Source: Minutocellus sp. GHC0000111 (Eukaryota). From it: a DNA stretch of 64,000 bases. Made by a program: the position numbers and the translations under genes. The stretch is taken from positions 1,302,001 to 1,366,000 of the forward strand of contig OZ361261.1 of assembly GCA_977018835.1 (NCBI GenBank). Direction: 5' to 3'. Below are positions 1 through 11,783 of the stretch, piece by piece. Position 1 is the first letter of the stretch, and each line of letters begins with the position of its first letter. The notes beneath the pieces were generated by a model, which saw nothing but the letters and a program-made list of their open reading frames with translations, was not told the origin of the DNA and made no database searches.

Positions 1-545
1 TAAATATTTGGCTTGGGGCATTTGTAGGAGCAGGGGAACCATATCCAACGGTGGCTATAATATTTGGTACAGTGTGACCGCTTCGAATCAATGAAACGAA
101 AGAGTGTGAGATGTGCCAAAGAAAAGTTGCCAAACATATGGCTGCGGTCAGTATTGTCTACTTAGGATCGAAGCGACCCAAGAATACATGGCATGTACTC
201 ACTGAATGTAGTGACGGAGAAGTAGAGGCTATCAATTATTGACCATTCCTCGAACACGAACGAGTAGGCACAGACTCCAACGCCAAGGTACAGAACAAAG
301 TAGACGAAGCACTCCCTGAACGCCAGCGTGGCCGGTTGGAATCCATCCGCAAAGCTTGGCTGCCGCCGGTCATTTGGTGGTGGGTTGGACATTAGTAATG
401 CGGATGGTTGTAGGGATGCGGACTCTTCGTCGTCGAGGAGTGGCGAAGCGAGGGACATGTGATCATGATCAGTGGCTGCCTCGCCATTCTGCGAGGCGGT
501 GGGGCTCATCATCGCCGACTCTGGGGACTGCCGCTTCCGTATCAT
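1..545 (-). CDS. Potassium channel (two-pore/TPK-like), 5' part; runs off the window start
   Basis: TM segment FVYFVLYLGVGVCAYSF followed by WSIIDSLYFSVTTF. A GT-AG intron at 202-55 joins in frame to T-TVGYG-SPAP, the K+ selectivity filter. Start codon approximate. Confidence 0.85.
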
Positions 546-788
546 GATTGACTGCGAATGAGGCTGCAGCACGGTGGTTGCTTCCGATGCTCGCAGTGGT
601 TCTTTGTTCTTGACTGAACTGGCGTGATGTGCTTGTTTACTTAAAATTTCGCCGACGATCACTTCGCCGAGCTGCAGAGAGCGACTGATCCGGGGCCCCT
701 GATCCGATGCGGACCTGCTCTGCAGACCATGACAGATGCAGGCCAACGACGCTTCTTCTTGCTGCCATTTTATTAGATACCGACCATT

Positions 789-2523
789 ATGTCGCAACAA
801 CCCAAAGCCACCCCAGTGGCCAGCACGTACGTCGCCGGCGATGACCCCTCCCGCCTCAAGGATGCCGCCGCCTACCTGGGCCTGGACCGGGCACGCCGGC
901 CCACAGGCCGAGTTCGGGAGGCCGTCGGGTCGCTCCTGCTGGACACGACGCTGGAGTCGGCCAGGATGCACTCCGTCGGAACGCTGGCCAGCGACGAGCG
1001 GGTCGACGAGGGCGGGACCATCCATCTGATGACGCTGACCCGACGGCGACGGGCGGCCCGGCCGGCCTACGAAGGCGGGGGGGATTTGATGAGCATCTTC
1101 GAGAAGCCAATGGAGATTGCCGAAGGGGGAGAGGGAGGGGAAGAAGGCGAAGAAGAATATGAGGTGGTCGATACCGTGGAGGGTGGATCCCTTGGCGCCG
1201 CCACTTTTGGCATCATCAAGGGTACCATTGGCCCAGCCATCCTTTTCTTACCCCGTGGATTCAAGATGGCTGGTTGGGGCGTGGCCATTCCTGCGCTGCT
1301 GTTCTCCACGGCAACCTACCTGTACAGTGCCGGCAGACTGTTGGATTGCTGGCGCATCGAGAAGCGCAAGATCGAACGATTAGAGGAGATCAAGGCTCTA
1401 TTAGGAGATACCGAGGGAAACTACGGCGCTACCGATGATGCAGGTGATGCGCCACCTGAAGCGCCCAAGGGTCCTGTTGATCCGCACCTTGCTTCGTCGG
1501 ATGGGACCATGTTGACTTATCCGGAACTTGCAAAGAGAGCCTTTGGGAAATATTCCGTATTTGTTTCCGCTGGAATTGCCGTGCTGCAGTTTGGGGTTTG
1601 CCTCACCTATTTCATTTTTGTACCAGAAAATTTAGTTGCCGTCACGCATTCCTTGACCGGAAAGGCCGTGCCACAAGAGGCGTTCCTTATTGCCATGATA
1701 TTCGCAGAAATCCCATTTACTTGGATCCGTGATATTCGACGTCTCACCCCAACCAACATTCTGGCATCGTTGCTCATCTTCTTTGGGTTGGCATCGTGTC
1801 TTGGCATTGCGCTATTTAAAGATTACGGTGATAGCTCCCTCATCAAAGAGATATCGCAGCTACCGCCAGTCAACCATGAGACTTGGTTCATGTCACTGCG
1901 TTTTATATGTTTGAGGGCGCAATGACGCTTGTGGTTCCTCTGCAGGAAGCAGTATTTACGCCGGAGGACAAGGCCAAATTCCCAGCACTCAACAAGCGTG
2001 TCATGTGGTGCATCGTCACGTTTTACTGCTTCTTCGCCACCACCTGCTGGGCGGCGTTTGGCGAAGGCCTCAAGACGGCGATGACGGCATCGCTCCACCG
2101 GGAGCCTTGGCAACGGCAGTGCAAATAGCTTATTCCATTGCCGTCTTCTTTACTTTTCCTCTTCAGGTCTTTCCAGCGTTGGAGGTCACTCTCAAAACGG
2201 GTGCCAAGGCCGGAACGTCAGACCATGGGTATGATGCGGCCATATTTCAAAGGAATATCAAGGCATCGTTCTTGGTCTGCCTGCTTGGCTTCATTGCCTA
2301 CTTTGCGCAAGATTATCTTGGCAACGTAGCCAGTATTTTGGGCTCGGCTATTGGTGTGCCAGTGGCGTTGATATGCCCCAACCTGATGCACAATATCCTG
2401 GCCAAAGATATCTCGTTCTGTACTCGAATGATGAACTACTGCGTCGTCTGCATCGGAGTGTTTGCCTTCGTCGTGGCATCAACTACCACAATTTTGAATT
2501 GGAGCTCCGGCGCTGAAGGCTAA
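789..2523 (+). CDS. Amino acid transporter (AAAP/Aa_trans, SLC36-like)
   Basis: Motifs IIKGTIGPAILFLPRGF, TYPELAKRAFG, FYMFEG and FTFPLQVFPA, with multiple TM helices. Spread over three ORFs with frameshifts near 1890 and 2095. Confidence 0.85.
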
Positions 2524-2614
2524 GGATGATGTAGAGGGAATAACAGCAAGTAAAATCTAAATGTATCGCGATTATTTGACAATATATGTGTATAGTCTGC
2601 AAAGAAAGTCTTCA

Positions 2615-3219
2615 TCAGCGCAGCAAAACCTCGCCATCTTCGGCCAACGTCTTGGAGAACTCGGTTTTTGATACATCGACCTCGCCGTTCACCAATTCAT
2701 ACACATAACACACCACCTTGGATCCTTGTACCGCCAATAACACAAAGCTAGGAGTGACGCCGGGATTGGTTGCCGAGTATGCCCCGGTGATGCTGCCCGG
2801 GTTGATGTGAAAGAATCCCTCCTGCTCCACAACCTCATTCTTATGCGTGTGGCCACTGATGAGGATGTCACAACCCAGCTTCCGCCGCATCATCCCCAAA
2901 GCCATGTGGTCGCCCCAGGGAGTTAACTGATGACCATGGATGACCCCAATGCGAAATTCTCCGACGGTCACCACGGTCGTTTCCGGAAACGCCGCCGATT
3001 GCGGACCGGTGAATTCCATATCGCCCGCCACGACGTGAACGTTGGGGGCCAATCTCGCAGTCCCTCAAAGTTTTCCTTGGAACCCAGATTGCCGTTGCAG
3101 ATGACATGCTGCATTTTGTTGGGCACCAACATCCGCTTGAACTTCTCGGGGATGGCCGATGCACGGTAAGGGATGTGCAAATCACCCAGGACCAGTACAA
3201 GCTCTCCGAAGTTGGCCAT
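2615..3219 (-). CDS. VPS29: Retromer subunit VPS29
   Basis: LVLVLGDLHIP, HVICNGNL, IHGHQ, ISGHTH, INPGSITGA. One frameshift near 3050. Confidence 0.93.
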
Positions 3220-3768
3220 TGTTTTTTCTACGAAGTCGTAAGTACGGAAACGAAGAAAACAAAACAGCAGTTGGGTCCGTATCTTTCGAGTTGTCGAATT
3301 ATTGCTTTCCAAGGAAACAAAAGACAACAGGCGACACCTGATATCGAAGAAAGATATCGACGGGGCACTTCACGGGGATCGATAGCTCGGCTCAAGGACC
3401 GGAACGCACACCGCCGCAAGCACGAGATGTGGATCGATACCTTGATTGACCAACTTGCTTGCAAAATCTTTCTATTTTCATCACGATGACGTCAATGGCA
3501 GAAAGCCCCCTGCCTGCCTACGCCTGCCGTGTGGGCCGTGGGGCGCCGCATCGCCGCAAGCAAGCAAGAGAAGCAAACCAAACCAAACACATGACGTGTT
3601 GGCCGCTGCATAATTGGTCCAATTGACTTGACTATCGCTTGTTGGTCTAGAGAGCCTCTGCTCCCTGGCGCTTCTCTGACGGCATTGAGCTGAGAGGGTG
3701 GGGTTTTACCAATCGCAAATCGAAGCACATTTATTTCATTATTTCCGGGCCGGGAGCGAAAAATAAAA

Positions 3769-5388
3769 ATGACGAGGTCGTGCCGGTCTGTTCTCTCCTC
3801 GGCGGTAGCTGCGGTCCTCCTTGTTCTACTGCAACAAATGCCGACCGCTGGTGCTACCAAGCACAATTTCGTCACCAAGGAGGACGCGCGCTTCTTCATC
3901 GGTCCGATCGGTATCCCGTACGGCTTCACGGCCGGCGGACATTTCAATCTGACCGTTTTTTATTTTCAGCTGACTGTCGGTCATCGGCATCACGGACACA
4001 CCCGCGGGGAGGACGATGCCATGGCGGAGTCCATCCTGAACAGCGTCGAGGCTGGCTTTCTCTTGAAGCGATTCGACACCGAGAGCGACTTTGCCACCTA
4101 CTACGAAACCATTCTGGACGATCACACCCTGTGCAGCTTTGAGAAGTTCCGGACCAAGCGCAGTGCGGTGGGTGATGAGGTCGACGATCCGTTGGAGCAG
4201 AATGACGATGAGTTTGGTCCGATTGATGATACCGACGATGCCACTGGTGCCGGCGTGTTCCTATCGATGAAGAGCTCCGATCGGACGTGGAAGCCCAACA
4301 CCCCGTCAGTAGAGTACACCTTCGAAACTCCCGACGAGGAGGGCATGTACTTCCTCATGTATCAGGTATGTCAGTTGGATCGGGCCGACCCCAATGACAA
4401 GCACTTCAAGGAGATCCGGTCGACGTTCGAGCTGGACATATCGATGAAGAACTACGACGACTTTGGCAATGTGTCGTATCTGACGGCGGGTGAGATGCTA
4501 CTGCCGCGGGTGTTTTTGTACTTCAGTATCTCGTTTCTGATGTGCACCGTCATTTGGATTCAGATGCTCCGATCTCCCGTCGGTGGTCCCGGCGGAGCTC
4601 GGCCCAAGGTGCTGCCCATTCATCACATGATGACAGCCCTTCTTGTCCTCAAAACGTTGAGCATCTTCTTCGAGTCGGTGCGATACCATTACATCCGCGT
4701 CACTGGCCATGCCGAGTTCTGGAGCTTTGTTTATTATACATTTGCATTCTTGAAGGGAACGTTTCTCTTCACGGTCATCCTTCTCATTGGCTCGGGTTGG
4801 AGTTTCGTCAAGCCGTTTCTAAACGAGCGAGAGAAAAAAGTGGTCGCGGTGGTTTTGCTTTTACAGGTGATTGATAATTTGGCTCTTGTTGTTCTGAATG
4901 CGGAAACTGAGGGAGAGCAAAGATTTGACGACTGGAGCGCAATCTTACATCTTGTGGATATAATATGCTGCTGCGCCGTTCTTGTTCCGATCGTTTGGTC
5001 GGTCAACGCATTGGAAAAGTCCATCGAACAAAACGCGGAATCCAAAGCAGCAGAGGCAGGAGGTGGCAAGGCAGCACCGCCTCCAGGTAGTGAGGATGCA
5101 AAGACCTTGGAGAAACTCAAGCTGTTCCGATCGTTTTACCTTCTGGTTGTGGCATATGTGTACTTCACTCGGATTATTGTTTATCTCTTTGCAACAATGC
5201 TGGACTACCGCCACACATGGCTGCGATATGCCGTCACTGAGCTTGGAACGCTCGCCTTTTACGTCGTCGTTGGCATCAAGTTCCGACCGGTGGCCGACAA
5301 CCAGTACGCTCCAGTTCGACGGGATGAGGACGATGCCTCGAACCAAGTGGAGATGGGAAAGGTGCGAAGTGGAAAGGCCAAGGACTAG
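3769..5388 (+). CDS. GPR107/GPR108-like lung seven-TM (GOST) protein
   Basis: Signal peptide, luminal domain, YLTAGEMLLP, IHHMM, LLIGSGWSFVKPFL, DIICCCAVLVPIVWS, KLKLFRSFY. Confidence 0.9.
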   Translation: MTRSCRSVLSSAVAAVLLVLLQQMPTAGATKHNFVTKEDARFFIGPIGIPYGFTAGGHFNLTVFYFQLTVGHRHHGHTRGEDDAMAESILNSVEAGFLLKRFDTESDFATYYETILDDHTLCSFEKFRTKRSAVGDEVDDPLEQNDDEFGPIDDTDDATGAGVFLSMKSSDRTWKPNTPSVEYTFETPDEEGMYFLMYQVCQLDRADPNDKHFKEIRSTFELDISMKNYDDFGNVSYLTAGEMLLPRVFLYFSISFLMCTVIWIQMLRSPVGGPGGARPKVLPIHHMMTALLVLKTLSIFFESVRYHYIRVTGHAEFWSFVYYTFAFLKGTFLFTVILLIGSGWSFVKPFLNEREKKVVAVVLLLQVIDNLALVVLNAETEGEQRFDDWSAILHLVDIICCCAVLVPIVWSVNALEKSIEQNAESKAAEAGGGKAAPPPGSEDAKTLEKLKLFRSFYLLVVAYVYFTRIIVYLFATMLDYRHTWLRYAVTELGTLAFYVVVGIKFRPVADNQYAPVRRDEDDASNQVEMGKVRSGKAKD

Positions 5389-5548
5389 TTGCATAGTCAG
5401 GCAAATAAATTCAATCATTAGCTAGCAATCGTGCACATATATACTAGTATGTCGTAACAGGCAAAGGACTATTTAAGAAGAGACACGTTGTGCAAATAAA
5501 TTTGAATCATCATTAGCTAGCTGGTACACTGTCGCTCGTGCAGACTTT

Positions 5549-6745
5549 CTATCTCTTGCTCTCGCTCTTGGACCCCTTTACATCATGTGCACCCTCCACA
5601 CGAAGCAGACGACGAAAGAATTCGAAGAAGACGAAGAATGCACCGTTGGCTGGAATTTTGTGCATCATTCTCGGAACAATACCTCTCATGAATACCGCCG
5701 GTCCAGCCTCCTCCAAAGCCATTTTGGTGCAAAGTATAACACTACCACCATATAGTTCCGGCTCAACTTGCAAACGAGTTTTGAGCACGTCCAACGGATT
5801 CGTCATGAAGCTTCCAAAGCCACCGGCAGTTGCACCGGCAACTGCATCTCGAAACGGCGACGTCGTTTCGGCCTGAGTCACGTAGTTATCTCGCAAAATT
5901 TCGTAAGCCATGAGAGTAAAGATGGCATAGGGTATATCCCTCAACATTTGGATGGCCACACCTCCACTGGGGAAGAATGCCTTCATGCCATCGGCCTTGA
6001 ACATGGCCGACAGGCACGTCATGGTGCCAGTATACTGACCCGTTTGTAGCTTCTGCTTGACCACCTCGTATGGTACCCGAAAGGCCGATGCCGCTGCATT
6101 GCCCAAAGCCGCCGAAATTCCCACGGCAACCAACTTGAGTGCATTGTCCGACATGATCGGCGCCTTGCCTTCACCATCGTCACTTCTCTGGGACCCATAC
6201 GTCTCCTGAAGGTACGGTATGAGCACCCTCTTGCCATAGCTATATACGCCATAATAAATGCCAATCGACGGCATACTTCCAATGGCACTGGCAGCCAGTC
6301 CGGCATAAAGCTCCCAGAACCCAGCCCCGCCTTTTCGTGTGGTGATCATCTTGGCCGCCGACAGGAGGGACAGGTCGCCCTCGTGATGCTGCTGGACGGA
6401 CTTGATGGTGTCAAAGGGTTGGAGGAGCGATTTGGCACAGAGCGATGCCAGGGCGCTAGCAAGGCTGTTCTTGAGTCCCTCGACAGCGTCTGACGAGGAT
6501 GATGACGATGATTCGCCACCGCCACGTTTGATGGCAGTAGTCAACGCAGCGGATGAACGACGACGGCGATGCCTTCTCTCTTTTTGCTTGCGGTCGTTTT
6601 CACCTCCACCTACATTTGGCACGTCTCCTGCAGACGCATGCGGTGTTGATGCTTGCACGATGCGTCTGCTCGGTGCTGCAGAAGCGCTGCCGGCTAGACA
6701 CAACGCGAGGCAGATAAGGATACTGCGCCTCAATGGAGTCATCAT
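5549..6745 (-). CDS. Mitochondrial carrier family protein (SAM-carrier-like) with N-terminal signal peptide
   Basis: Three PxD/ExxK signatures (PFDTIK, PYEVVK, PLDVLKTRLQ) and RDIPYA; hydrophobic N-terminus ending ASA. Confidence 0.88.
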   Translation of the reverse strand: MMTPLRRSILICLALCLAGSASAAPSRRIVQASTPHASAGDVPNVGGGENDRKQKERRHRRRRSSAALTTAIKRGGGESSSSSSSDAVEGLKNSLASALASLCAKSLLQPFDTIKSVQQHHEGDLSLLSAAKMITTRKGGAGFWELYAGLAASAIGSMPSIGIYYGVYSYGKRVLIPYLQETYGSQRSDDGEGKAPIMSDNALKLVAVGISAALGNAAASAFRVPYEVVKQKLQTGQYTGTMTCLSAMFKADGMKAFFPSGGVAIQMLRDIPYAIFTLMAYEILRDNYVTQAETTSPFRDAVAGATAGGFGSFMTNPLDVLKTRLQVEPELYGGSVILCTKMALEEAGPAVFMRGIVPRMMHKIPANGAFFVFFEFFRRLLRVEGAHDVKGSKSESKR

Positions 6746-6981
6746 CGTGGCCAATCAAGTCGACGTGAGGGGTGCAATGCAATGGTCTCACAAGGGCCGG
6801 CCATGCAACAGTATGTACGGCAAAAATGAGCGGACGACCGACAATGATGAACACCGAATTTGTATTTGGAGTCTTCTCATCCGCCTACGACTGCCTCATT
6901 TTTTCTCAACGACGAGCAAGTTGAGGCGGTATCCTTTCGCTTCGCCGCTACCGCATCCCGAGCGTACTATAACAGGCAGTC

Positions 6982-8187
6982 ATGAAGACAATCATTTCTT
7001 CAGTTTTGGCACTATCTCTGGCCTTGCCGGCATTGGGATTTGTTGGAAAGTCAGGACGTAAATTTTCGGCGCAGAACCATGCAACCCATCACAACATGCG
7101 CATGCCGAAATATGACGCATGCGATGGAATTGATGGTAGTAATGGCGCCATGAGTAATGTCGAAGTACCCGCAAGCCGACGTTACTTTCTCGGAAAAGCG
7201 GCAACGGCTACCGCCGCTGCCCTAATCACCACCACGCCAGCAGCCAATGCGGTAGAACGGGCCGTCGGTGCCGCCGAGTCCAAGTGCCGCCAGGAAGGCA
7301 ATTGCTTGGAGCAAGGCGATTGGGACGGTGCCGTCGGTTGGAACTGGGGCGGACGGGATCGATGCGACGCCACCGATCCTCTCTGCGGGCCCGACGGCAA
7401 GCTGCGCGATGCACCGCTCGCAGGGGCGCCCGTTCCAGATGTGCAGGGCCAGGACATTACCGACGTTGTCGAGCTCAAGCTCAAGATTGGCAGAGGGGAC
7501 GAGGTTGTGATGAGGATTGGTCTGTATGGAAAGGCCTGCCCTGCGTCGATTGCTCAGATCTTGGCGTTGTGCACCTCGGATCGAATTGGTGGACTGGCAA
7601 CTACCTCGAAGCTGCTGTTTGAGGAGGGATACGGAGCCTATTCGGCACCTGTATCTATTTGTCGTGGAGGACTGCTGACCACGTTGTACCCCAACCAACG
7701 ATTGGACTTTGGCATACCCTCCCAAGCGGCGTCGTATGCCAAGAGTCGCAACCAGGCCAAGGCGGGTGATGGATTTTTACCCCAACCTCGGCCGACGACG
7801 CAGGATGCTGATGTCATTGCGAAGGAACCCTTTGCGAGGAAGCATGATGTTGCTGGTCTCGTCTCTCTTCCTACCAAGGGCATTGGATATGGTGGTACCG
7901 GATTCGAATCTGAGGATGAGGCCTATGCCAGCTCGTTCCAAATTACAGCCACGGCCATGCCATCCATGGATAAGGAAGGACGACGAGTGGTCGGGCAGCT
8001 CATGGATGCCGAGAGTATGGCTGCATTGGCTCGCATTTCCAGCTTGCCAACCAACAAGGGTCTCAAAGGGATTGTGCCAGGGCAGAATTATGGCCCTCCT
8101 CTGACGGCTGTCAAGGTGTTGGAGTGCGCAACGGCATCTACCAGCAGTGCTAGTGGAGATACCGTGGGCAGTGAAGCTTCCACATAA
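6982..8187 (+). CDS. Thylakoid-lumen cyclophilin-like protein
   Basis: Signal peptide ending ALG-F, transit region, Tat-like SRRYFLG...ANA, then a divergent cyclophilin fold (RIGLYGKACP, HDVAGLVSL, FQIT, VVGQLMD). Confidence 0.7.
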   Translation: MKTIISSVLALSLALPALGFVGKSGRKFSAQNHATHHNMRMPKYDACDGIDGSNGAMSNVEVPASRRYFLGKAATATAAALITTTPAANAVERAVGAAESKCRQEGNCLEQGDWDGAVGWNWGGRDRCDATDPLCGPDGKLRDAPLAGAPVPDVQGQDITDVVELKLKIGRGDEVVMRIGLYGKACPASIAQILALCTSDRIGGLATTSKLLFEEGYGAYSAPVSICRGGLLTTLYPNQRLDFGIPSQAASYAKSRNQAKAGDGFLPQPRPTTQDADVIAKEPFARKHDVAGLVSLPTKGIGYGGTGFESEDEAYASSFQITATAMPSMDKEGRRVVGQLMDAESMAALARISSLPTNKGLKGIVPGQNYGPPLTAVKVLECATASTSSASGDTVGSEAST

Positions 8188-8316
8188 GTAGAATACGTTC
8201 AATTAAGTGATGCAAAAACCACGTGTTTTAGAGTAACAAACACATTCGTAAACTTAGCTAATTAAACCTATAGCTTCGCCGAAATGCGATTGTGTTGGAA
8301 GAAATATGTATGTGCC

Positions 8317-10158
8317 TTAGTCCATCTGAGCGGATGTTCCCATAGTCCCGCCCCAATTTGCAAGGCTTGAACTGGCCGTACTCTTGGACTCCAGATCGTC
8401 ATTGGATATCGAGCGGGTCAATTTAGCTCTCGAATCAGAATCAGACTCGGACTTGGATTGGGGAATCATCAAGTCATCCTCATCCTCCTCGATGTCATCA
8501 CCAGAGCTTTCTGCATCACTCTCGTCGTCAACCATGGACCCCACGTTGACATTGCGCTTGTTTCGTTGCCTCCATAGCTGTTTGGCGGCAGCATTGTTAC
8601 CGCCCTTGGCTTTACTACTTCTTCGACTTTGTCTCGGCGGCGGAAAAGTCCGCTGCTTGGAGAAAGGCGAAGGAGGTGGCAACGCCCTGCTTGTTTTCTT
8701 GCTACTCGGGGCAAATTCAACGGTAGAGCCACCTCCTTTGCTACTTTTTCTTTTGCCTTGATCTCCATCATCTACCGGTACCTTCTGATCGCTTTCAGGA
8801 GCCGCATCCGTTTCGGTCCGTACATAATTAACAAAACCACTCATCGATACCTCTACAGAACTCATCGCCATGCCCCCAGCCTCACTTGGCACAATCATCT
8901 CGCTCCCCGTATCGTCATCTGGATCAGCATTGCTAGCATGATTTTTCCCGGCAACTTTCAGGCCATCGGATGATGAAGAAGAGCCAACGCCAACATCGAC
9001 GTCAACTTCGAGAGGGGCCATTGCCTTTGTTAGCCACACTTCTTTCCGAACGGGAGTGCCAGATGGATATAGAGGTCTGGCCAGTTGTCTCTCTTCGTCG
9101 GAGACGGGCTGGCCGTTGATACTCGATAAATCAGGCAACCGATAAATGATATACAATCGATGCATCCGCATCTGCTCTCTGTTGGCCGCATCGATCGCCG
9201 CATCCAGCTTGGACTTGAGCTTCGGGTCGATATTTGTCGGCAGCTTTGCATCCCGTAGAGGACTTGCACCACCCCTTTTATTCCCGGGAGAGCACGGATT
9301 ATTCCTCAAACTCAAATGTTGTAGCCTGGGAAACAACTGCACGACAATGTCCAAGAAGGCAGGAAGATCGTTGTTGCCATCGTCCCCGTCTCCTACCAGA
9401 TTCCCATCGTATCTCAAATCTCTCACGGATTGTGCCGTCTTGCGGGGGACGCCAAATTTCAATGCCTGCGCAGACAGGGATCGATTGGACAGGTCCAACA
9501 CCTCGAGAGATTGCTTGTGCGAACCGGCCAGCTCCGACATGGCCTTCCACCGATCTCGGGGATTACGGTTGACAAGTCTGGCATCCTGGGCGCTGGGGTT
9601 GTGCGTCGGCGGCGCATCGATCAGGGGTGAGTGGACGATTCGGGGATTGCCACCGCCTCGTTTCGGAGTGGAATATTGCGGTCTCCGTCTGTTATCAGTG
9701 CTGGGACCGGTTATTCTACCATTCGTACTCGTGCTGCCGCCATGCTTGGAAGCTTTGGGCGTGGAAGGCGCCATCGTTGGGTCTCGATTCGTTGCCTTTT
9801 GCGTCGGATATGTGTGCTGCTGTCTCTGACGAAGTGACTCCGCCGCCAACGTCGTATTTTTGCTATTGTGGTTGCTGTTGCCGCCGATCATATCTTGGTC
9901 CTTGGTGCCAATTGTGTCATTCGAACCTGCCTCTGTTCCTATTTGTGCTGGTGGCGTGGAAGGGCTCGATGGTTTGTGATGGGGTCCTTGGGATGTTGCT
10001 GGTCGATCAGCTCCCTCACTTGACGATTCTCCGGGGGCAGTTGCAATGCCGGCCGTGGGAGCATTGGTGCCACCTATTACCGATAAGGCCGCCGACGACG
10101 TGGAGTTGGACCGTTTCCGGCCTGCACCAGCACCGCTTGGGTGCGTTTTGGCAAACAT
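8317..10158 (-). CDS. LRR/LRRcap-containing, largely disordered protein
   Basis: LEVLDLSN, LRYDGNLV, LQHLSLRNNP and an LRR cap RLYIIYRLPDLSSINGQPVSDEER; 613 aa ORF. Confidence 0.7.
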   Translation of the reverse strand: MFAKTHPSGAGAGRKRSNSTSSAALSVIGGTNAPTAGIATAPGESSSEGADRPATSQGPHHKPSSPSTPPAQIGTEAGSNDTIGTKDQDMIGGNSNHNSKNTTLAAESLRQRQQHTYPTQKATNRDPTMAPSTPKASKHGGSTSTNGRITGPSTDNRRRPQYSTPKRGGGNPRIVHSPLIDAPPTHNPSAQDARLVNRNPRDRWKAMSELAGSHKQSLEVLDLSNRSLSAQALKFGVPRKTAQSVRDLRYDGNLVGDGDDGNNDLPAFLDIVVQLFPRLQHLSLRNNPCSPGNKRGGASPLRDAKLPTNIDPKLKSKLDAAIDAANREQMRMHRLYIIYRLPDLSSINGQPVSDEERQLARPLYPSGTPVRKEVWLTKAMAPLEVDVDVGVGSSSSSDGLKVAGKNHASNADPDDDTGSEMIVPSEAGGMAMSSVEVSMSGFVNYVRTETDAAPESDQKVPVDDGDQGKRKSSKGGGSTVEFAPSSKKTSRALPPPSPFSKQRTFPPPRQSRRSSKAKGGNNAAAKQLWRQRNKRNVNVGSMVDDESDAESSGDDIEEDEDDLMIPQSKSESDSDSRAKLTRSISNDDLESKSTASSSLANWGGTMGTSAQMD

Positions 10159-10616
10159 TAATTCTCAGCAAACAGGACTGGCTTCTGACTCGATGATACG
10201 ACTCCGATGCTTCAACTTTTTTGGCACAAAATTTCTTCTGTTCGAGATCCCTGTAGTTCACAGACAAGATATGCACATTGTGTAATAATTAACGATTGGG
10301 TGACTCTCTTGTTAGATATCAAGGCCCGGGGTAAGCACCATCTTCGCCCGGCTTCGACCTCTCGATCTCATTGGGCCATGGAAAATGGGCTAGCGAGCAA
10401 GGAGGCAAGCGGCGCCGTCGCGTCGGCGTCGGGCGTTGGGTCGACGTCATGATTACGAAATGGAAACGATGGACAGATGAGACTCCCGGAGACGAAATCG
10501 AGAAGCGACGAGAAGCGGCCCAAGAAATATGCCCAAGCATTGTGGATGGTTGATACGGCGGAGCAACCGAGGAAGAGATGTTATGAGACGAGATCAAGTG
10601 ACTTGATTGTAGAAGA

Positions 10617-11783
10617 ATGAGGCATTCTCTCCTCTTCGCCTTGCCGTTCGTCGGTGCATCCATCAGCATAATTCTGATTTGGCACTCCACAACCATACTT
10701 CGATGGGAACAAATCAAGGTGGAGCTCATCCTCCCCATTCCTCAGCTTGGTGGCGATGGCTCGTCCCGTGCACTTTGGAGGCGTTCGCGGCCGCCGTTTG
10801 ATTTGTCCATTTCGGTGGGACCGGATGTTCACGCGGAGCTACCGCGGGGGGGCGTGCTGTATCGGCTCGGGGACTTGGCCAAAGCCAGCACGAAGAACAT
10901 GCCATCCACCCCAGCAAGGCGAGCGATCGAGGTTCGCCTTTTGCCCAGCACAAACTCTTCAGCTGTACGTTTCGACATTCTGTTCAGCGACTACAGTGGA
11001 GCATTTATCGAAATATCCCAAGGCGGCAAGGTATGCAGAGTTTCTACGTCCCGTGGGAAGATTCCCAGGCATGGCCACTCTTTCTGGTTCTCTACAATTG
11101 TGGAAGTGGTGCAGAAGTTCGATATGTTGAAATGGGCGCATCCGGCGACATGGGAAAAATGTGGAAGGAAGGTGCTGTTGTAAACATACAAGAGGAGAGA
11201 AAATATCCACGGAGAGATTTGTACTTTCGCAGACGTACTGGCAGTGGAGGCAAGGTCACATTATGTACGCAACTGACTCCGGAGCGGTTACATCATCTTC
11301 AGCACATTGCGAAACACTGGGGAGGCCCGGTATCGGCTGCCATCTATGTCGGCCATCGCAACTCGTCACAAGGAGATGAAACTACAGCTATCTCGAACTT
11401 TTGGGATACTGCTGCAGACGACATAAAATCATTTCTCGATATCCACCTTGTATACGATGACAAACGACCTTGGTTCTCCACCAGTGCCGGGGGGCAGCAG
11501 AATCCATATCCAATCAATCTACTTCGTCAGATCGCCCTTGATGCTGCTCAGACGAAATGGGTGATGGTGCTCGAGGCGGACATGGTGCCCGTCCCAAATG
11601 CACAGAAATTGGTCGAAAGGTCTTGGGGGGAGATGATGGAGACTTACAATAGGGAACCGAATGGAGCAGCCTTTGTGGTTCCCTTTTATATTTCCAGGGT
11701 TCAATTAGATAATGGGAGGGCGATAGAACGATTTCCCAGCAACAAGAAGGCGCTTAAAGAAAATTTAGCGAGCGTAGAAGAAA
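10617..11783 (+). pseudogene. GT49/LARGE-like glycosyltransferase paralog A, frameshifted and 3'-truncated
   Basis: VTLCTQLTPERL, WGGPVSAAIY, YPINLLRQ, AFVVP. Colinear with the 15110-16858 paralog but stops about 200 aa early at the SIT junction; frameshift near 11030. Confidence 0.7.
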